Below, piece after piece: positions 59,119 to 64,000 of a DNA stretch of 64,000 nt (its first letter is position 1; every line of letters starts with the position of its first letter). Made by a program: the position numbers and the translations under genes. Below the pieces are notes generated by a model, which worked only from the letters and a program-made list of their open reading frames with translations, was not told the origin of the DNA and ran no database searches. This DNA comes from Escherichia coli (lineage in GTDB: Bacteria > Pseudomonadota > Gammaproteobacteria > Enterobacterales > Enterobacteriaceae), in the NCBI RefSeq assembly GCF_016903815.1, contig NZ_CP069973.1. The stretch is one strand, 5' to 3'.

Positions 59119-59469
59119 TGCAGTCAAAATACGGGCGTTAGATTTTACAACGGTTGGTGATTTTTTGTTCGCATGATTAGCCATGTCTTTTTCACGGAAA
59201 TAGTGTTTTATACTGGTTGGTGATTTCTTATCGCTATATACCTCTGGTTTTTAGATCCCTTCTTGCTTTAAAACGTTATAAGCGTTTAAATTGCGCTTCA
59301 GGTGCTGTCATACTGACTGCATTCACGCGGTAAATCGAAAAACTATTCTTCGCCGCGCCTGGTTGGGAGTATTTCCCGCTAAAATTGTTTAAATATACCG
59401 CTGTATCATCCCCAGGGATTGGCACAAAAATTTAACGTTACAACACCACATCCACAGGCAGTATGATTT

Positions 59470-60789
59470 ATGACCCATCAATTAAGATCGCGCGATATCA
59501 TCGCTCTGGGCTTTATGACATTTGCGTTGTTCGTCGGCGCAGGTAACATTATTTTCCCTCCAATGGTCGGCTTACAGGCAGGCGAACACGTCTGGACTGC
59601 GGCATTCGGCTTCCTCATTACTGCCGTTGGCCTGCCGGTATTAACGGTAGTGGCGCTGGCAAAAGTTGGCGGCGGTGTTGACAGCCTCAGCACGCCAATC
59701 GGTAAAGTCGCTGGCGTGCTGCTGGCAACGGTGTGTTACCTGGCGGTGGGGCCGCTTTTCGCTACGCCGCGTACAGCTACCGTTTCTTTTGAAGTGGGCA
59801 TTGCGCCGCTGACGGGTGATTCCGCACTGCCGCTGTTTATCTACAGCCTGGTTTATTTCGCTATCGTTATTCTGGTTTCGCTCTATCCGGGCAAACTGCT
59901 GGATACCGTGGGCAACTTCCTTGCGCCGCTGAAAATTATCGCGCTGGTCATCCTGTCTGTTGCCGCGATTGTCTGGCCGGCGGGTTCTATCAGCACGGCG
60001 ACTGAGGCTTATCAAAACGCTGCGTTTTCTAACGGCTTCGTCAACGGCTATCTGACCATGGATACGCTGGGCGCGATGGTGTTTGGTATCGTTATTGTTA
60101 ACGCGGCGCGTTCTCGTGGCGTTACCGAAGCGCGTCTGCTGACCCGTTATACCGTCTGGGCTGGCCTGATGGCGGGTGTTGGTCTGACTCTGCTGTACCT
60201 GGCGCTGTTCCGTCTGGGTTCAGACAGCGCGTCGCTGGTCGATCAGTCTGCAAACGGCGCTGCTATTCTGCATGCTTACGTTCAGCATACCTTTGGCGGC
60301 GGCGGTAGCTTCCTGCTGGCGGCGTTAATCTTCATCGCCTGCCTGGTCACGGCGGTTGGCCTGACCTGTGCTTGTGCAGAATTCTTCGCCCAGTACGTAC
60401 CGCTCTCTTATCGTACGCTGGTGTTTATCCTCGGCGGCTTCTCGATGGTGGTGTCTAACCTCGGCTTGAGTCAGCTGATTCAGATCTCTGTACCGGTGCT
60501 GACCGCCATTTATCCGCCGTGTATCGCACTGGTTGTATTAAGTTTTACACGCTCATGGTGGCATAATTCGTCCCGCGTGATTGCTCCGCCGATGTTTATC
60601 AGCCTGCTTTTTGGTATTCTCGACGGGATCAAAGCATCTGCATTCAGCGATATCTTACCGTCCTGGGCGCAGCGTTTACCGCTGGCCGAACAAGGTCTGG
60701 CGTGGTTAATGCCAACAGTGGTGATGGTGGTTCTGGCCATTATCTGGGATCGCGCGGCAGGTCGTCAGGTGACCTCCAGCGCTCACTAA
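59470..60789 (+). CDS. brnQ: Branched-chain amino acid transporter BrnQ (LIVCS family)
   Basis: 439 aa multi-TM ORF; rho-independent terminator follows. Confidence 0.94.
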   Translation: MTHQLRSRDIIALGFMTFALFVGAGNIIFPPMVGLQAGEHVWTAAFGFLITAVGLPVLTVVALAKVGGGVDSLSTPIGKVAGVLLATVCYLAVGPLFATPRTATVSFEVGIAPLTGDSALPLFIYSLVYFAIVILVSLYPGKLLDTVGNFLAPLKIIALVILSVAAIVWPAGSISTATEAYQNAAFSNGFVNGYLTMDTLGAMVFGIVIVNAARSRGVTEARLLTRYTVWAGLMAGVGLTLLYLALFRLGSDSASLVDQSANGAAILHAYVQHTFGGGGSFLLAALIFIACLVTAVGLTCACAEFFAQYVPLSYRTLVFILGGFSMVVSNLGLSQLIQISVPVLTAIYPPCIALVVLSFTRSWWHNSSRVIAPPMFISLLFGILDGIKASAFSDILPSWAQRLPLAEQGLAWLMPTVVMVVLAIIWDRAAGRQVTSSAH

Positions 60790-60809
60790 ATCACTGAACA
60801 TTTGTTTTA

Positions 60810-60842
60810 ACCACGGGGCTGCGATGCCCCGTGGTTTTTTAT
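60810..60842 (+). terminator. Rho-independent terminator after brnQ
   Basis: CCACGGGGC-TGCGAT-GCCCCGTGG stem followed by TTTTTTAT. Confidence 0.9.
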
Positions 60843-60864
60843 TGTGTTGATGGGTTAGGAATTG

Positions 60865-62238
60865 ATGGAAAGTAAGAACAAGCTAAAGCGTGGGCTAAGT
60901 ACCCGCCACATACGCTTTATGGCACTGGGTTCAGCAATTGGCACCGGGTTGTTTTACGGTTCGGCAGACGCCATCAAAATGGCCGGTCCGAGCGTGTTGT
61001 TGGCCTATATTATCGGTGGTGTCGCGGCGTATATCATTATGCGCGCGCTGGGGGAAATGTCGGTACATAACCCGGCCGCCAGCTCTTTCTCGCGTTATGC
61101 GCAGGAAAACCTCGGACCGCTGGCAGGTTACATTACCGGCTGGACCTACTGCTTTGAAATCCTTATTGTCGCCATCGCCGATGTGACCGCTTTTGGTATC
61201 TATATGGGTGTCTGGTTCCCGACGGTGCCGCACTGGATTTGGGTACTGAGCGTGGTGCTGATCATTTGCGCCGTAAACCTGATGAGCGTGAAGGTATTCG
61301 GTGAGCTGGAGTTCTGGTTCTCGTTCTTTAAAGTCGCCACCATCATCATCATGATTGTCGCCGGTTTCGGCATCATCATCTGGGGGATTGGCAACGGCGG
61401 GCAACCGACCGGTATTCATAACCTGTGGAGCAACGGCGGCTTCTTCAGTAACGGCTGGCTTGGGATGGTGATGTCGTTGCAAATGGTGATGTTTGCTTAC
61501 GGTGGGATCGAAATTATCGGGATTACCGCCGGTGAAGCGAAAGATCCTGAGAAATCGATACCGCGTGCGATTAACTCCGTGCCGATGCGTATTCTGGTGT
61601 TCTACGTCGGTACGCTGTTCGTCATTATGTCTATCTACCCGTGGAATCAGGTTGGCACTGCCGGTAGCCCGTTCGTGCTGACGTTCCAGCATATGGGCAT
61701 TACCTTTGCCGCCAGCATTCTTAACTTTGTTGTGCTGACTGCTTCGCTGTCGGCAATTAACAGTGACGTATTTGGCGTAGGCCGTATGCTCCACGGTATG
61801 GCAGAGCAGGGCAGCGCGCCGAAAATTTTCAGCAAAACGTCGCGTCGCGGTATTCCGTGGGTTACGGTGCTGGTGATGACTACCGCGCTGCTGTTTGCGG
61901 TGTATCTGAACTACATCATGCCGGAAAACGTCTTCCTGGTGATCGCTTCGCTGGCAACCTTCGCCACGGTGTGGGTGTGGATTATGATCCTGCTGTCGCA
62001 AATTGCCTTCCGTCGCCGTTTGCCGCCAGAAGAAGTTAAGGCGCTGAAATTTAAAGTGCCGGGTGGGGTAGCAACGACCATCGGCGGGCTGATTTTCCTG
62101 CTCTTTATTATCGGGTTGATTGGTTATCACCCGGATACGCGTATCTCGCTGTATGTCGGTTTCGCGTGGATTGTTGTGCTGTTGATTGGCTGGATGTTTA
62201 AACGCCGCCACGATCGTCAGCTGGCTGAAAACCAGTAA
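60865..62238 (+). CDS. proY: Proline-specific permease ProY (APC family)
   Basis: 457 aa from [28 protein letters not shown]...; track ORF starts at upstream TTG. Confidence 0.94.
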   Translation: MESKNKLKRGLSTRHIRFMALGSAIGTGLFYGSADAIKMAGPSVLLAYIIGGVAAYIIMRALGEMSVHNPAASSFSRYAQENLGPLAGYITGWTYCFEILIVAIADVTAFGIYMGVWFPTVPHWIWVLSVVLIICAVNLMSVKVFGELEFWFSFFKVATIIIMIVAGFGIIIWGIGNGGQPTGIHNLWSNGGFFSNGWLGMVMSLQMVMFAYGGIEIIGITAGEAKDPEKSIPRAINSVPMRILVFYVGTLFVIMSIYPWNQVGTAGSPFVLTFQHMGITFAASILNFVVLTASLSAINSDVFGVGRMLHGMAEQGSAPKIFSKTSRRGIPWVTVLVMTTALLFAVYLNYIMPENVFLVIASLATFATVWVWIMILLSQIAFRRRLPPEEVKALKFKVPGGVATTIGGLIFLLFIIGLIGYHPDTRISLYVGFAWIVVLLIGWMFKRRHDRQLAENQ

Positions 62239-62396
62239 TACTTGCGTTCTGTAAGCCGGTTCAGGAGGAAATCCTGATCCGGCTATTCCGAAAGTTATCC
62301 GCCCCCGTCCTCCTCCCCCAAATATCCTTCAGATGATGAGTGATCCTGCATTAGGCTATGGCAAGGTGATCAGATTTTCATCACAGGGGAATTATG

Positions 62397-64000
62397 ATGT
62401 TAAATGCATGGCACCTGCCGGTGCCCCCATTTGTTAAACAAAGCAAAGATCAACTGCTCATTACACTGTGGCTGACGGGCGAAGACCCACCGCAGCGCAT
62501 TATGCTGCGTACAGAACACGACAACGAAGAAACGTCAGTACCGATGCATAAGCAGCGCAGTCAGCCGCAGCCTGGCGTCACCGCATGGCGGGCGGCGATC
62601 GATCTCTCCAGCGGGCAACCCCGGCGGCGTTATAGTTTCAAATTGCTGTGGCACGATCGCCAGCGTTGGTTTACACCGCAGGGCTTCAGCCGAATGCCGC
62701 CAGCACGACTGGAGCAGTTTGCCGTCGATGTCCCGGATATCGGCCCACAATGGGCTGCGGATCAGATTTTTTATCAGATCTTCCCTGATCGTTTCGCCCG
62801 TAGTCTTCCTCGTGAAGCTGAACAGGATCATGTTTATTACCATCACGCAGCCGGACAAGAGATCATATTGCGTGACTGGGATGAACCGGTCACGGCGCAG
62901 GCGGGCGGATCAACGTTCTATGGCGGCGATCTGGACGGTATCAGCGAAAAACTGCCGTATCTGAAAAAACTTGGCGTGACGGCGCTGTATCTTAATCCGG
63001 TGTTTAAAGCTCCCAGCGTACATAAATACGATACCGAGGATTATCGCCATGTCGATCCGCAGTTTGGCGGTGATGGGGCATTGCTGCGTTTGCGACACAA
63101 TACGCAGCAGCTGGGAATGCGGCTGGTGCTGGATGGCGTGTTTAACCACAGTGGCGATTCCCATGCCTGGTTTGACAGGCACAATCGTGGCACGGGGGGA
63201 GCTTGTCACAACCCCGAATCGCCCTGGCGCGACTGGTACTCGTTTAGTGATGATGGCACGGCGCTCGACTGGCTGGGCTATGCCAGCTTGCCGAAACTGG
63301 ATTATCAGTCGGAAAGTCTGGTGAATGAAATTTATCGCGGGGAAGACAGTATTGTCCGCCACTGGCTGAAAGCGCCGTGGAATATGGACGGCTGGCGACT
63401 GGATGTGGTGCATATGCTGGGGGAAGCCGGTGGGGCGCGCAATAATTTGCAGCACGTTGCCGGGATCACCGAAGCGGCGAAAGAAACCCAGCCGGAAGCG
63501 TATATAGTTGGAGAGCATTTTGGCGATGCACGGCAATGGTTACAGGCCGATGTGGAAGATGCCGCCATGAACTATCGCGGCTTCACATTCCCGTTGTGGG
63601 GATTTCTCGCCAATACCGATATCTCTTATGATCCGCAGCAAATTGACGCCCAAACCTGTATGGCCTGGATGGATAATTACCGCGCAGGACTTTCTCATCA
63701 ACAGCAATTACGTATGTTTAATCAGCTCGATAGCCACGATACTGCGCGATTTAAAACGCTGCTCGGTCGGGATATTGCGCGCCTGCCGCTGGCGGTGGTC
63801 TGGCTGTTCACCTGGCCTGGTGTACCGTGCATTTATTACGGTGATGAAGTAGGACTGGATGGCAAAAACGATCCGTTTTGCCGTAAACCGTTCCCCTGGC
63901 AGGTGGAAAAGCAGGATACGGCGTTATTCGCGTTGTACCAGCGAATGATTGCGCTGCGTAAGAAAAGTCAGGCGCTGCGTCGTGGCGGCTGTCAGGTGCT
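62397..64000 (+). CDS. malZ: Maltodextrin glucosidase MalZ, 3' end cut by window edge
   Basis: Reading from ATG at 62397: [45 protein letters not shown]...; GH13 motifs further in; no stop before window end. Confidence 0.9.
   Translation, partial: MLNAWHLPVPPFVKQSKDQLLITLWLTGEDPPQRIMLRTEHDNEETSVPMHKQRSQPQPGVTAWRAAIDLSSGQPRRRYSFKLLWHDRQRWFTPQGFSRMPPARLEQFAVDVPDIGPQWAADQIFYQIFPDRFARSLPREAEQDHVYYHHAAGQEIILRDWDEPVTAQAGGSTFYGGDLDGISEKLPYLKKLGVTALYLNPVFKAPSVHKYDTEDYRHVDPQFGGDGALLRLRHNTQQLGMRLVLDGVFNHSGDSHAWFDRHNRGTGGACHNPESPWRDWYSFSDDGTALDWLGYASLPKLDYQSESLVNEIYRGEDSIVRHWLKAPWNMDGWRLDVVHMLGEAGGARNNLQHVAGITEAAKETQPEAYIVGEHFGDARQWLQADVEDAAMNYRGFTFPLWGFLANTDISYDPQQIDAQTCMAWMDNYRAGLSHQQQLRMFNQLDSHDTARFKTLLGRDIARLPLAVVWLFTWPGVPCIYYGDEVGLDGKNDPFCRKPFPWQVEKQDTALFALYQRMIALRKKSQALRRGGCQV

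Noticed and set aside
60931-62211. 426 aa ORF antisense to proY
   Set aside because: Shadow ORF opposite a GC-biased membrane transporter gene; His/Arg/Gln-rich translation typical of antisense artefacts

Overview
This window is a contiguous stretch of Escherichia coli-type core chromosome, the lac-to-pho region. Gene order is cynR(partial)-cynTSX, lacAYZ, lacI, mhpR-mhpABCDFE-mhpT, yaiL, frmRAB, yaiO-yaiX-yaiP-yaiS, tauABCD, hemB, yaiT, yaiV, ampH, sbmA-yaiW, yaiY, yaiZ, ddlA, iraP, phoA-psiF, dgcC(adrA), proC, yaiI, aroL-yaiA-aroM, ppnP, a ykiA-like ORF, rdgC, mak, araJ, sbcDC, phoBR, brnQ, proY and the 5' part of malZ. Gene calls rest on reading the six-frame track against protein sequences I recognise; start codons were trimmed where the track ORF carries an obvious N-terminal extension. 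I see no rRNA, tRNA or CRISPR array. The strain is not K-12-like at two loci: yaiT and yaiX are uninterrupted here (both carry IS insertions in K-12, from memory), and several proteins carry scattered substitutions relative to the K-12 sequences I recall. The only clear mobile DNA is a roughly 970 bp internally deleted IS3-family element inserted in a REP palindromic unit between mak and araJ. I did not find a convincing novel multi-gene system. The least characterised loci are the yaiS-yaiP-yaiX-yaiO envelope-modification cluster, the intact yaiT autotransporter with its AT-rich upstream region, and a few small ORF and repeat oddities. All comparisons to reference sequences are from memory and no searches were run.
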